Positions 1-11,556 are shown, counted from the stretch's first letter. The stretch: 64,000 nt of DNA from Callorhinchus milii (GCF_018977255.1 NW_024704807.1:186001-250000); one strand, 5' to 3'. Made by a program: numbers and translations. Notes: generated by a model not told the origin, from the sequence alone.

Positions 1-377
1 TGGCCTTCTTTTAATACAAGAAGCCCCGTCACTAACTCAAAGGATAAACAGAGAGTCTGTGAACTTCCAATAAATTCAAAGCACATTCATCATTTGTGTT
101 TGATGCACAATGATGTTTAATAACACTTCTTTTAGGAAACAACAATTACTTATGGATACGTCGGAAAAGAATGTCGGTATGTATGCACATTGGAAATCTT
201 CTAGGATTCACATAACTAATTAATTATTCCACGAGACACGCGGCATATCAATGTCCAACTATCACAATATTTAAAAGATTGTTAAATGTTGTATCATTGA
301 TTGACCATTTGTGAACGGCTGACACATTTCAACAGTATTTCAAACCATTGGTTTTTGGATTTACAATAAACACTGTG

Positions 378-393
378 TTGGGATTGGGACGAT
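378..393 (+). other. Antigen-receptor D segment (IgH/NAR-type, 12/12 RSS)
   Basis: 5' RSS: GGTTTTTGG(350-358), 12 nt, CACTGTG(371-377). Core: TTGGGATTGGGACGAT. 3' RSS: CACATTG(394-400), 12 nt, ACAAATACT(413-421). No stop codon in any of the six frames. Confidence 0.9.
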
Positions 394-776
394 CACATTG
401 GCAACCATCAGCACAAATACTGCGCAACTATTTTCTTGGAAACACATGAGACTTGATCACTGACAACCGTATACTATTTAATGTTCCTGAATGTGTCGAC
501 ACTTTGCTTTCAAAATTACTTATTTCAAACGGACATTTCTGGATTTATTTGTAGAGAGGTGTTCTTTGTGCCGTACACTTTGTCTCTGTTTGGGAGGAAA
601 TAATATTGAAAATAAACATGTTTTATACAAAAGAATAGTACGAAGATGGAACCACTGGTGAATCGGTAAGGATTAATGGCCAATTTGTCAGTGTTTGTTT
701 GCGTTAGTGACAGTGTTAAACAGTGATCTGACAGAACAGTTTTTGCGCCTCAGAGAATGAGTGTTGTGTGACTGTG

Positions 777-823
777 GTTCTTTAACGAAGACGGATCAGG
801 AACCAAAGTAATTGTAACAAAAA
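777..823 (+). CDS. J segment with 23-RSS, IgNAR/NAR-TCR-like (FFNEDGSGTKVIVTK)
   Basis: AGTTTTTGC(738-746), 23 nt, GACTGTG(770-776). The J motif xGxGTKV has D in place of F/W. Phase-1 donor GTGAGT at 824. Confidence 0.88.
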
Positions 824-891
824 GTGAGTGAATCAATAATCGATCGAAATTAATTGAAATTAATAGAAACAAAAAGCAACTGGCGAAGAAA

Positions 892-1111
892 NNNNNNNNN
901 NNNNNNNNNNNNNNNNNNNNNNNNNNNNNNNNNNNNNNNNNNNNNNNNNNNNNNNNNNNNNNNNNNNNNNNNNNNNNNNNNNNNNNNNNNNNNNNNNNNN
1001 NNNNNNNNNNNNNNNNNNNNNNNNNNNNNNNNNNNNNNNNNNNNNNNNNNNNNNNNNNNNNNNNNNNNNNNNNNNNNNNNNNNNNNNNNNNNNNNNNNNN
1101 NNNNNNNNNNN
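892..1111. other. Assembly gap (220 N)
   Basis: Run of N; the ORFs spanning it are artefacts. Confidence 1.
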
Positions 1112-1719
1112 TATGTTTTATTCCACAAGTGAAACTGCTTTGAGCTGCTCACAGACTGAGAGAGAAACTGATACTGGCAGCAAACCAGAGAAAAAACCTC
1201 CTCCAGCAGCGGTCTTAAAGTAAAGATATTTACAGCAGGAAACTCTCCAGTTGCCTAAACTGTAAACCCGCAGAGTTAACGGTACAATCTGACACCTGAT
1301 TCTTTGCTAAACATTCCCATGATCACAGACACCCAAAGCCTCAATGTGGATAATCAGCTTCAGCAAACAAATATATGATTAGAGGAACAAATCTAAATTA
1401 AATGGTGCATTTAAGAGAGATCATGTCAATTGTGTCACACGAATAGTCACACTGTCTGTGCTTGCATTAAATATGGTTCATATTTGGAGCGGATATGCAG
1501 GAGCAGAGCACTGTATACTTAATCCATTCAGAATGTCTTAATTTCACTGTTACAACAGTAATCCTTTTATTTGGTGAAAAGAATTTCACGTACAAATTAC
1601 GAATGATGCCAAGGCCTTCGAACAGGAATCCAATGGGTTTTTTTTCCACAGTGATTACAGGGAAGAGTGGCTTCATTTATGTGAAGAGACTATTGTCTGG
1701 CAATGTTCTCCGAAGAGCA

Positions 1720-2100
1720 CCGAAGGTTTAGAGGAGATTTAATTCAAATGTTCAAAATTGTGAAAGAGATTTGATAGGGTGGATCAGGGGAAAATGCTTC
1801 CACATGCAAGTGAATCAGTTTCCAGTGGACACATGTTGAACTTAATTGGTAAAAGGACAAGAGGGGAGATGAAGAGAATTTTATTTACCTGCAAAGATTT
1901 TACAATCTGCAATGCAGTGCCTAAAATTGTACTGCAAACAGATTGTATCATAAAGCTCAAACGGGAATTGGAAGAAATACATTGCGACGCTAGGGGTTAA
2001 GAGAATGGGATTGGGATTAGATGGACAGCTGTTTCATAGAGAAGGTAAAGGCAATGTGGGCCGAGTAACCTATTTGTGTGCTAAAATATACTATGATTCT
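1720..2100 (+). mobile_element. Degraded CR1-type LINE 3' fragment (approximate limits)
   Basis: Resembles the better-preserved CR1 3' end at 23195-23594; no intact ORF. Confidence 0.55.
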
Positions 2101-2127
2101 AAGTAACTTGAAATTAAATCCCCACAG

Positions 2128-2429
2128 GATCGAGTAGTGCAGTTTGCCAGACACAGCCTCAACAAGCGGCTTTTGCTGGTGAGACCGTTTCATTGAATTG
2201 CAAATATATATTATTCAGTGAAGAGGATTTCATCATCTACTGGTACCGTCAGTCCCATGGCGAGACGCTGAAATACCTGCTCCAAAGAAAATCCTCAGTA
2301 GAGGGAGGAAACCCTACCAGAGATCGTATTTCTGCTTCTCTTGACACTGCCAAGAAAATCAGCGTTTTAACCATCGCCGACCTGCGGCTGACAGACTCCG
2401 CTATGTATCACTGTGCACTCAGTCTGCAC
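2128..2429 (+). CDS. TRDV: TCR delta-type V exon, apparently leaderless (NAR-TCR supporting V)
   Basis: Acceptor cccacAG at 2126-2127. Open frame SSSAVCQTQPQQAAFAGETVSLNC...YWYRQ...DSAMYHCALSL with Cys23, Trp41 and Cys104. Phase matches the J donor at 824. No leader exon found in the sequenced part of 824-2127. Confidence 0.85.
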
Positions 2430-2468
2430 CACAGTGATACACATCATAGGAAGCCTCGTACAATAACC
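2430..2468 (+). other. 23-RSS of the + strand V
   Basis: CACAGTG, 23 nt, ACAATAACC. Confidence 0.93.
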
Positions 2469-2889
2469 CTCATCACAACCAAAGCTGGGAAACAGTACAG
2501 TACAGTTAGTGACAGACAGTGAATCAAACCCTCTCCCAACCGCCACCGTGGCTTAAAGCTTATTGAGTTCGTATCAAGTTAATCTAAAATATATTTTATT
2601 TTTACTAAACGCTAGAAATTCTGGAACGCTTCCCATCCATCTTTCCACCATGAGTTCCTCCAAACCCCCCACTCAAACCCCTGTATCCTTTTCAAGTCCC
2701 GCCTGAAAAACGTTCTTTGATGTTCACTGTTTACTTTGGCGATGGCTTTCGCCAATGTTCAGCCGATTTTAATAAATATTCGATCCACATAATGTGGTTT
2801 TTGTTTGCACTAAAAGCTGGATAACCTTTCGCATCTCTGTGCACTGAACAATTCCCTTATACTTTCTAACATTAAGTAATGAACTCATA

Positions 2890-2919
2890 NNNNNNNNNNN
2901 NNNNNNNNNNNNNNNNNNN
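2890..2919. other. Assembly gap (30 N)
   Basis: Run of N. Confidence 1.
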
Positions 2920-3003
2920 ATGAGATAGTCCATTCATCCCTGGGTAATTGTATGGTAAATAACCGCTATTGGACACGAGCTGCTTATACCGGGAGTGTTG
3001 ATG

Positions 3004-3914
3004 CGTGTTGTTGTGTAATTACACTGCAGATAAACATCATCCCCTTCATTCGTTATCACAGTAGATTGGCGCTGCGTCACAGAATCTCCTCCACAATGTC
3101 CTGCGAAGTAGACAGATATCAGAGTTCAACAGCAATAATAATAAAAATAATAATTGGATTTGACATAACCGCTTATCACTTGGTTGAGACATCTGCAAAT
3201 TCTTCACAGAATATACATCTGCTTTGTAGTTTGTGGGCGATACGTGGCAGTTAATTGCGCACAACATTCTCCCCAAAATAGCTATTGAATAAATTTCAGC
3301 ATTCTTAATGTTATTATCAGTATACGTTTTTCTAAAGGGTGATTTGCCGTCGAAATGTGATCCAACAATCGCTTAACAAACGGCTACCAACTGACTGCAA
3401 GGTAAACAGAGGTGTGTATTTGTGGTGTATGGAAAAATTCATAAGGTTACGCCCTGTCTGTCACGGGAATCGGGACCCAGATCCTTTCGCTTGCGAGGCC
3501 AGTTCGCTATCCGTTGAGCTAGATGTCTCCATGAGGCATGGACCGTATTGGCTTTTTATGCAATAAACAGAAAAACATAGGAACATAGGAATTAGGAGCA
3601 GGAATAGGCCTTCCGGTCCCTCGAGCCTGCCTCGCCATTCAATAATAACATGGCTCATCTTCTAACCTAACTCCATCTGCTCGCTTTTGCCCCATGTCCC
3701 TTAATCCCTCCATCCTTTAGAAATCTCTCAATCGCAGCCTTGAATCTGCACATGGACTGAGCATCTACAGCCTTCTACGGTAGAGTATTTCATAAAATCC
3801 TTAAATAAAACATAAGCATTTGATAATATGTGCAGGAAATAGAATGATAGAATGATTTTATGGCTTACCTGACAAGGCAATGATAGCTGCTACCACACAG
3901 ATATACATTATCAT
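3004..3914 (-). pseudogene. Truncated TCR V gene (leader 3869-3914; V exon 5' part ~3004-3100 only)
   Basis: Leader MIMYICVVAAIIALSG with donor GTAAGC. Exon GHCGGDSVTQRQSTVITNEGDDVYLQCNYTTT then loses homology to the paralog at 15149-15461; no Trp41, YYC or RSS. Adjacent to an N gap, so misassembly is possible. Confidence 0.8.
3572..3795 (-). mobile_element. CR1-type LINE 3' end fragment in V intron
   Basis: Reverse complement matches the tail at 23500-23594 (ggcctactcctgttcctaattcttatg-type end). Confidence 0.75.
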
Positions 3915-5381
3915 GTGCATTTAATGTCACGGACGTTGAGAGAACGATAATGGTTTAGTTGGAGAATGTTGGCTGGCAGAGAGTAAGATATAGTGAGGAG
4001 CACTGAACAGGAAGTAATCTACCGAAGTTACCCTATACTGTGAGGGATCAGGTCTGAGGTTTACGTAAGAATCTTGAGTCTCTGCGTCATGTTCTCTGCT
4101 CTGCCGTCTCACTCTTTGGTTGGTTCTCTTCCAGCAGTGATGTGCTGTGCTCAATCGGGTGTCTGAAACCCGAAGCAAGTTACACGCATTTTTAATGCAT
4201 TTACGCATTTCGTCTTCAAAATGCACAGTCACTCTATGTTACAGTATATTCTGTGAAGCGCATTGAGACATCTCAGAGGCGAAATTATTCGCTCTACTAA
4301 ATGTCAAGGATTATTGTGTTATAGACAATCACCAGAAGGCAGGACGGTGTATTCAGTGGAAGCCTTGAGTGTGTGCAGACGGCTAGAGACACAAGTCTAA
4401 TGTGTGCTGCCATCACATCCCCGGGGGCAGCTGTCAATTTGATAACGAGGTGAAACGAGCCATTGAGAGGGTTCAAAGCGAAAGGCGAGGAGCCACGTGA
4501 AGTCAGCAGTTTCTCAGATGTCTCTGCCCCAATTATTTGAAAGTTTCCCTTCCGTCACTTTCCGCTCTATGCATCTGGGTTTCAGCAGTTTGGGTACAAA
4601 GTACAAGTTTTCTACGATAACTCATTTCTTCAAGTTACTGTGTTTTACGATTTATTTCGCGGAATGATCCTACATACATAATCATGTATTTTTGTTAAAC
4701 TGGTGTCTGACATATGTGGAAACCATTTCCATGCATATGATTATCTAAACCAACCTTTGGGTTATAATAAAAGTAATTAACATAACGATTTACCACTTGT
4801 CCGAGTCGACTGTACGGTCCTCCGAGGGTACCGTGTAAAGTGCATCGACAGTGTATTTTGTGGACAACACCCGGCAGCCAAGTGCATAGTGCTGCGTCTC
4901 TCAAACAGTCTTTGATCGAGTGATCCATTTTGTTGATGGATTATTACACCCGAAAAAGAGATCATCCAAACTGCTGTGAATCGGGTTCCTCGTTCCGCCT
5001 CAGTAAACCATTAAAAATAATAAGGATCTTTGCATTTAATACAGCGCTTCATCACCTATTCGATGACACATAGCATTTGGTAGGTTGTACGGTGAAGTAA
5101 GTTGACTGTTTATGTTACCGGCGAAATGTCGCAGCCGTTTGCGCGTAACAGTGTCCCACACACAGTTGTGCATTGAAATTTTTTCTCTCTTTATAGGAAT
5201 TATCACCATCGGAAAAACGATCGGTCAATCAACTAACAACCATATTCCGACTTACTGCTGGATAGACAGACGCATGTGGAGTAACGAAACTTGGCCAACA
5301 TTTGGCACTGCCCGGTATTGAACCCAATTATTTCGTTTGCGAAGCGAGTGCTCTAACCGTTGAGTTGCAGTAAAACCAACA

Positions 5382-5420
5382 TGTTTTTGTACAGGTACCT
5401 CTTAGACACACAGCACTGTG
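5382..5420 (-). other. 23-RSS
   Basis: CACAGTG, 23 nt, ACAAAAACA on the minus strand. Confidence 0.93.
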
Positions 5421-5879
5421 CCTTCCGCACAGAAGTAAGTGGCGGTGTCTGACACTCGCAGGTCTTGGATTTTTAGAGTGCAGTTTCTCTGTCTTGTATT
5501 AGCCAAAGCGCTTATCCTGTCCTTCACATTGATGTCTTTTGTTCCCAAAACCAAGAACCGGATGGAACCGTTTCCATACTGTGTGTACCAATGAAAGGTT
5601 GGGCCGGACACAGTGGTGTTGCACTCCATAGATACGTTTCCATTTTCATTCCCTGTCACGACCTGAGGTGACTGTGAAACGTCACTTTCAGCCAATACAC
5701 CTGGAAAGATAATATAAATGAACATACTCGCAAAGGAATTAAGATAGTGTCTGGCGCGATAAACTGTAATTATTTAGCAGGTAAAAAAGAATTTGTTGAT
5801 CCAAATTCATGCACTACTTACAGCAAAGCTTTATTGTTAAATTCAAAATAATATACGTTGCGCTGAAAATCTGCTTCAT
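5421..5879 (-). CDS. TRAV/TRDV: TCR alpha/delta V gene (leader 5822-5879, V exon 5421-5700)
   Basis: Leader MKQIFSATYIILNLTIKLC with donor GTAAGT. V exon VLAESDVSQSPQ..MEC..HWY..DTATYFCAEG, open frame. Confidence 0.9.
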
Positions 5880-5896
5880 TCTCGACTCCCTTCGAT

Positions 5897-5904
5897 TCAC
5901 GTCA
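5897..5904 (-). promoter_or_regulatory. CRE-like motif TGACGTGA in V promoter
   Basis: 18 nt upstream of the leader ATG; identical motif at the same spacing in the paralog (17982-17989). CRE-like elements are typical of TCR V promoters. Confidence 0.55.
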
Positions 5905-7654
5905 ATGTATCCGGATGAATTGCAACCAGAAATCATCTAAAGTCAGCGTCTGATGGATAAACGTTGGTTCACTTGAGACGTTGACTCTTATCCCCGCGTC
6001 ATTACTCTGTCTCTGTTCATTGCTGGAGATGTATTGCGACTCCTCCTATCTTTTAAGTTCAGATTCCCTCCGCCTCGCAGAGGCAAACCACAGCAATGTG
6101 TGAAAGAGACAGTGAAGAGGAAGCGAGTTACAAAGATTGAAGCAGATAAAAGTAAAAATAACAATAACCCTTGCTTGCTTTTCATACAACGCCTTATCAC
6201 GTCATTGAGACGTCTCAAAGCGCTACATGCAGTATACTGCAAAGTCAATTGACGGCATAAGTTGTAGGACAGTGCGGCAGATCATTACGCACATACGTCG
6301 CCCACAAATATTTGTGGCTTGAATGACTTATTTAGCCCTTTTTGGGGGAATGTTACCACTGAAATCTATCAGCCATCTGAGTAGCAACCGGGTTACTATT
6401 TACTGCAATGTTAAGCCAAACCGTGTGGAGTAAGGATAAGTGCCAAAAAATTTTGCCCGAATAAGAGTCGAACACATGTCGCCTTGCGAGTGCTCTAACC
6501 ACTGAGCTATACGTCCAGATGTCCTGAGGAATGAGCCCAGATCTTGATAGCTTGGCGAATTGCAAGAATAGTGTATCAGGACCTTTGTGATTAAGCGAAT
6601 GAGATCAATAGGTTCCTAGGGTTCCGTAGAAACCAAATCTAAGATAGATTAGGATATAAGGAAGATGTTTTCCATTAATCGTGGGAGAAGAACAGTCACA
6701 GATTCCTGATGCTCGCTTACATTGTGCGGACTGATATCCTACACGTTGTAAAAAACTGTGATACCGACTCTCTATATTTCGTGTACATCTGTCCTTCTGA
6801 ATGGAAAGTATAAACCAAGGAAACGGACGAGGTTGACAAGCTTCTGAGTACGATTGAATTGCACGATAATGCGTTGTTGAACCACTCATCACAACGTTTT
6901 CAGCCTATGGTGTCTCCACAAAATATCAGCGACACCCAGTGGTTAAACACCTCACTATAATTGTTACACTTAACCCAAATTAACAATGATGATTACAGTA
7001 ATGATTGCCTTTGATAAAGCGCCGTATAGTGCCATTGGGACGACAGAAAGCTTTTCGCAGAATTTAATGTGCAGCATTATGATGTACAGAGATTACTGGG
7101 GGCGAAGCGGGTCGTCTGCTGCACACGAGTATTCATATTTTCAGTGACCAACTTGCTGTTATTTTTTTAAGGGATTATTAATTCTGGAAAAGCGATCAGC
7201 GAAGAGACTACCAACCGTGTTCCTGCGTCTGCGAGAAAGACAGAGGCAAAATAACAATTATGTTATATTATATTATGTGTAGCAACGATATTGTGATTGT
7301 GGCAGTTGAAACGTGGCAGTCTATTGCACACAAAGAGTAAACGATTGAGCTACCAAACTGTTGTTATAATTTTTAAGGAATTGTTACTCCTGGAAAAGCG
7401 TTACGCTGATGGAATGCCAACCGTGTTCCTACAACTGATAGGAAGGCAGAGGAATGTGTGTGGAGCAAAGAAATTTGCCCAATGTTTTGTCCCACCCGGG
7501 AATCCAACCCAAGTCTTCACGCTTGGGAGCTGAATTAGCTCAGGTCAAACCAATATAGCACTGGACTATATAAGTCAACAGATATAAATGCTGTTTTAAT
7601 TTTACTTGATGCAATGGTTCCGCCTCGCTGTTCAGCAGCAAATGAACCAGTTGC

Positions 7655-7693
7655 AGTTTTTATACGGAGTCGCCACACCACGGAAGCAGTGTG
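7655..7693 (-). other. 23-RSS (variant)
   Basis: CACACTG, 23 nt, ATAAAAACT. Confidence 0.85.
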
Positions 7694-8471
7694 GGCTCGT
7701 TGGCGCAGTAATACACGGCACTGTCCCCGATCAGGACGGTGGCAATACTCAGTTTGAAATCTTCTTTCGTTTTATCGACTTTGGAGGAAAATCGTTGTTG
7801 GAAGTCAGGGCTCTTATTATCCTTCCCTGCAACAGACAGAAGAATGTAGACAGGAGCGTTCCTGGAAACTTGTCTATACCAATAGAGATAGGAGGTATCA
7901 CTGATTTTCTGTAAGGCGCAGGATAATTTCACATCTTTTCCCTCTTCAACTGTTATTTCAGCAATCGGTTGATTCCCAATATCTTGCAGGCTGTTTCCTG
8001 TGATTTAAAAGAATATATTGTTGAGCAGCAAGTTTGTCTAATGTGGAGACTGTAACGTATTGGTGAGAGCATTCGCCTCAGAAGCAAGAGTTATCTGGCT
8101 TTTGAATCAGGGCACAGCGAAACTTCAGACAATTTTCTTGGTCCATACACCGCTGTTTAATAAGCAGTAAATAGGATCAAGGTTGTTTGTTGAATGGCAT
8201 CTCTCTTTTCCAGGGGTAATTAACACTTAAATAATAAATGAATAATAAAATAGATAACAATTTGGACACGCAATCAATGACTGTTTGATCAAAAGTGCTG
8301 CTGACAATCGTCTCGAATATATGGAAAGGCACAATATATAATCAAACGATTATTAATACTATAATGTTGTAAAAGGTAAAACAAGATATTAAAAAATATA
8401 TACAAAAGATACTAACGGCAAAGTAAGCTGAGAGTGATTGAGAGCACAGCATATATCGCCCACATGAGCAT
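7694..8471 (-). CDS. TRAV/TRDV: TCR alpha/delta V gene (leader 8417-8471, V exon 7694-7997)
   Basis: Leader MLMWAIYAVLSITLSLLC with donor GTTAGT. Exon NSLQDIGNQPIAEITVEEGKDVKLSC..YWYRQ..DSAVYYCANEP. Confidence 0.9.
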
Positions 8472-8534
8472 CCTGATCCCGTGTCTGACATTAACTCCCC
8501 AATGTGGATTGATGGGGCTTTTGGGCTCAGTAGC

Positions 8535-8790
8535 CACACAGTTACAGCCCCGCCCACACAGAGCCCCGCCCACACAGCCGCTGCCACGCCCACAAATGTA
8601 GGTCACTCAGTCACTGCCCCGCCCACACAGAGCCCCGCCCACATAGCCTCTGCCACGTCCACAGAGCGACGTCACTCAGTCGCTGCCCCGACCGCACTGA
8701 GACGCATCACCCAATCACTGCCGTTACATCGCAGCGCCCCGCCCACACAGCGCCCCGCCTCCTCCACTCCCCCCACACAAACACACACAG
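8535..8790. repeat. GC-box-rich degenerate minisatellite upstream of V leader
   Basis: Repeats of cactcagtcactgccccgcccacacagagccccgccc; paralogous array at 20470-20720. Confidence 0.8.
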
Positions 8791-11209
8791 TGCCACACAA
8801 TCAAGTCACTCAATCCACAACAATGTATGGGCCACTGTTTTATACAGTTGGCTACCAAGTTTGTCTCCCCCCCATTACAATCTAACGACCCATCCAACCC
8901 CTCCGCCCCTCCACCCCACACCCCACAATCTCCCACACCCACAGTGCCGCAAAGTAAGGCAACTCAAACCACAACATTTTGTGGGACACTGCTGTACACA
9001 ATTGGCATCATACAATATTGTCACTCAACTTTCCAGGGTGTTCTGTGAAGAGGTTTCAGACATCTCAATGACATAATATGGCAGTATATCAAATGCAATC
9101 TTTGTTATTATTATCGTTATTATCACAGTGTTGAATAAGACATACCCTTACATTTGTGTTCATTAACCGTGTTTGAGAAATGCTTTTATCATATACAGCC
9201 TTGTCATTTTGTCAATACGCCACAAAACTCCTCGGTGGTTTTAACGTCGAGTACAGAGACAACGTGTTTATCAACTTGGCACCCGATTTGTGCATAACAC
9301 TGTCCCGCAAACAGCTATGAATGAAGGATGAATTTTATAGATGCAAGTCTGCCCAGACAGCGGTAGAAACCTGGTTATTTCTCGAGCAGTGCAATGGCAT
9401 TTTCATAGTCCCTTCAAACAAGCCGCCTGGACCTGGGTTTAATATTAACTCGGTAGGACGAGCTTCACCGACAATAAAGACAGCCAGGTCTGCTCTAGAG
9501 TGTCAGCCCAGAACAGAATAAAATAATCCAATACATATTACACAGTGATCTTTTCAGTCGTATATGTCAGAGACCGTATATTTTTTTCGCACAACAAGTT
9601 GTTCCGATCTTGAACGCGTTGCCTGAAAGGGAACGCGTTCAAGATCCCACCTACAAGTGGAAATACCAGGGATAGAGTGTTGGAATGGGAATGGGCACTC
9701 CCTCTCTCTCCCTGGAGGAATGCATCCTGCTTAACCGATTCATTGATTCACCAGAGTTTCCGGCGAAGAGACAAGGCTTGGGGCAGCTCCTTATGCGTTG
9801 GGGTATCTGCTGGAATCTAACCAGCTAAAACCGCATTGATTGGCATTGAGAGCGATGTCTGGCAAGCTTTCACCCTGCTTGTCCAGGTATGAATACCCTA
9901 CCCATTAGAGCTTTCGCTTGCAGGGAGAACAGTAGTTTTGAGATAGGATTCCCTGCCTCCTGTGACTGGTATGTCCTGTCCTGAGCTTCTCGTGTGACTG
10001 TGTACTCACGAGCAATTCCTTGGAATACTGCGGACCCGCATCGTTCAGGAAGTGGGCGAGAGACCGCCCAAGAGGCCTGACACGATTCCCACAATCTATT
10101 GCCAGGCATTTGACAAACAACATATGCAGTAAAGTTACTTTAACGTGTATCTTATGAATAAATCTTAAAGTCGAGATATGGCGCTGTTTCAAATGCAAGG
10201 CTTATTATTATTATATTTCCGTTCCGAACACCACTAAACATACAGTTAACTTACTTCACAGTGTATCAAGTGAAACGCGTTGAGACTTCTCAAAGACGTG
10301 AAAAGACGCTGTAACAAATGCAAGATTCATTATTATTATTACTGTTATTATTATTCAAGTTAATGTTGCTGTTAATGCTTTTATTATTACTATTGTCATT
10401 ATTATTACTACATCTACTATTGATAACATTATCATTGTTATTAACATTATTTTTATTGTTGTTGTTGTTATTTAGGCATCTTGGCACCAAATCAGTACGT
10501 CGTGCTACTCCTTCACTTTCATGCTAGCAAATAATCAATAGAAAAGACAGGAAAAAGAGAAAGGAACGAACAACAGCACCTCTTAATCTGCACACGTTAA
10601 ACCATATCACTCGGGAATGGGTTCCTTAGGGAATCCTATGCACGGTTTCATACCAGTTCAAAAGAGATAATCAAACGGCAGTCCCATTAAAGGGGTAGTT
10701 TCATCATGTTACCCAAGGTATACGCAAATAGAAAAATATTCCGAGTAATCATGGATTGATTGCAAATGACTTTTGGTTCTGAACCGTATGAATTCAATCG
10801 TGGATCTGTGGTGAAATCGAGCGGAAAATATCGAAGTAAGCTTTGCAACTACATGGGGTACGCGATATTGTTGAGCAACGGGCTTATCATAAGTATTGCA
10901 ATACAGGAAAAATTACATTTGTGAAGCGCCTTACACCCAAGACGTGTCTGTAGCTCACTGGTTAAAACATTCCACTCGCAAGCGAGAGACCTGGGTTCGC
11001 TTCACGGGCGGGAAGTCGAATTCTTGGGCAAGTTTCTTTACTCCACACACATAAACACACGCCAGATAATAATCCATCATGGAAAAAAATAAGTCAACAA
11101 GACAAAAAATTATACTGGACAAAACAACCCACTCCCGTATGTGGGACACTACTGCGCACATTTCCTTCCCTTGTTTCGCTCAGAAAAAATTCAGTCGCTA
11201 CACTTGAGT

Positions 11210-11518
11210 GTGGAGTCCTGTAGCTCAGTAGTTAGAGCACTCGCTTTGCAAGTGAGAGTCCTGAGTTCAATTCCAGGCAGAGGGCGAAACCTTGGTCAAG
11301 TTTCCTTACTCCAAACAGAGCCTAATAATAATCCCTCCAAAACAAAACAATAATAAATTGGTCATATTCAATCTACGACTGTTTGTGGGACATTGCTGTG
11401 CGCAATTGGCTACCGTGTTCGCCCACAAATATACAGTCAATTCACTTTACAGTGTGTTATGTGAAGCGCTTTGGGACGTCCTCACGACGTGAAAAGCGCT
11501 ATATCAAATGCAAGGATG

Positions 11519-11551
<33 letters not shown>

Positions 11552-11556
11552 TATTC
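11210..11556 (+). mobile_element. tRNA-Ala-derived SINE with L2-type tail
   Basis: Box A (tagctcagtag), anticodon arm ctcgc-tttgcaa-gtgag, box B (gagttcaattcc), tail stem-loop, (TTA)n. Confidence 0.9.

Noticed and set aside
92-144. Heptamer-like CACAATG at 106-112
   Set aside because: No convincing nonamer at 12 or 23 nt.
544-614. Possible second D (tttatttgt-11-ctttgtg CCGTA cactttg)
   Set aside because: Both heptamers are poor, the spacer is 11 nt and there is no 3' nonamer.
8145-8200. Alternative leader exon for the V at 7694 (and 20090-20132 in the paralog)
   Set aside because: In-frame stops in both copies; a better leader exists at 8417-8471 and 20355-20409.
10318-10490. Poly-Leu/poly-Asn ORFs
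   Set aside because: Degenerate (TTA/TTG)n simple repeat.
11210-11285. tRNA-Ala(TGC) genes at the SINE heads
   Set aside because: They lack a proper acceptor stem and always continue into the SINE body and tail, so they are SINE heads rather than tRNA genes.
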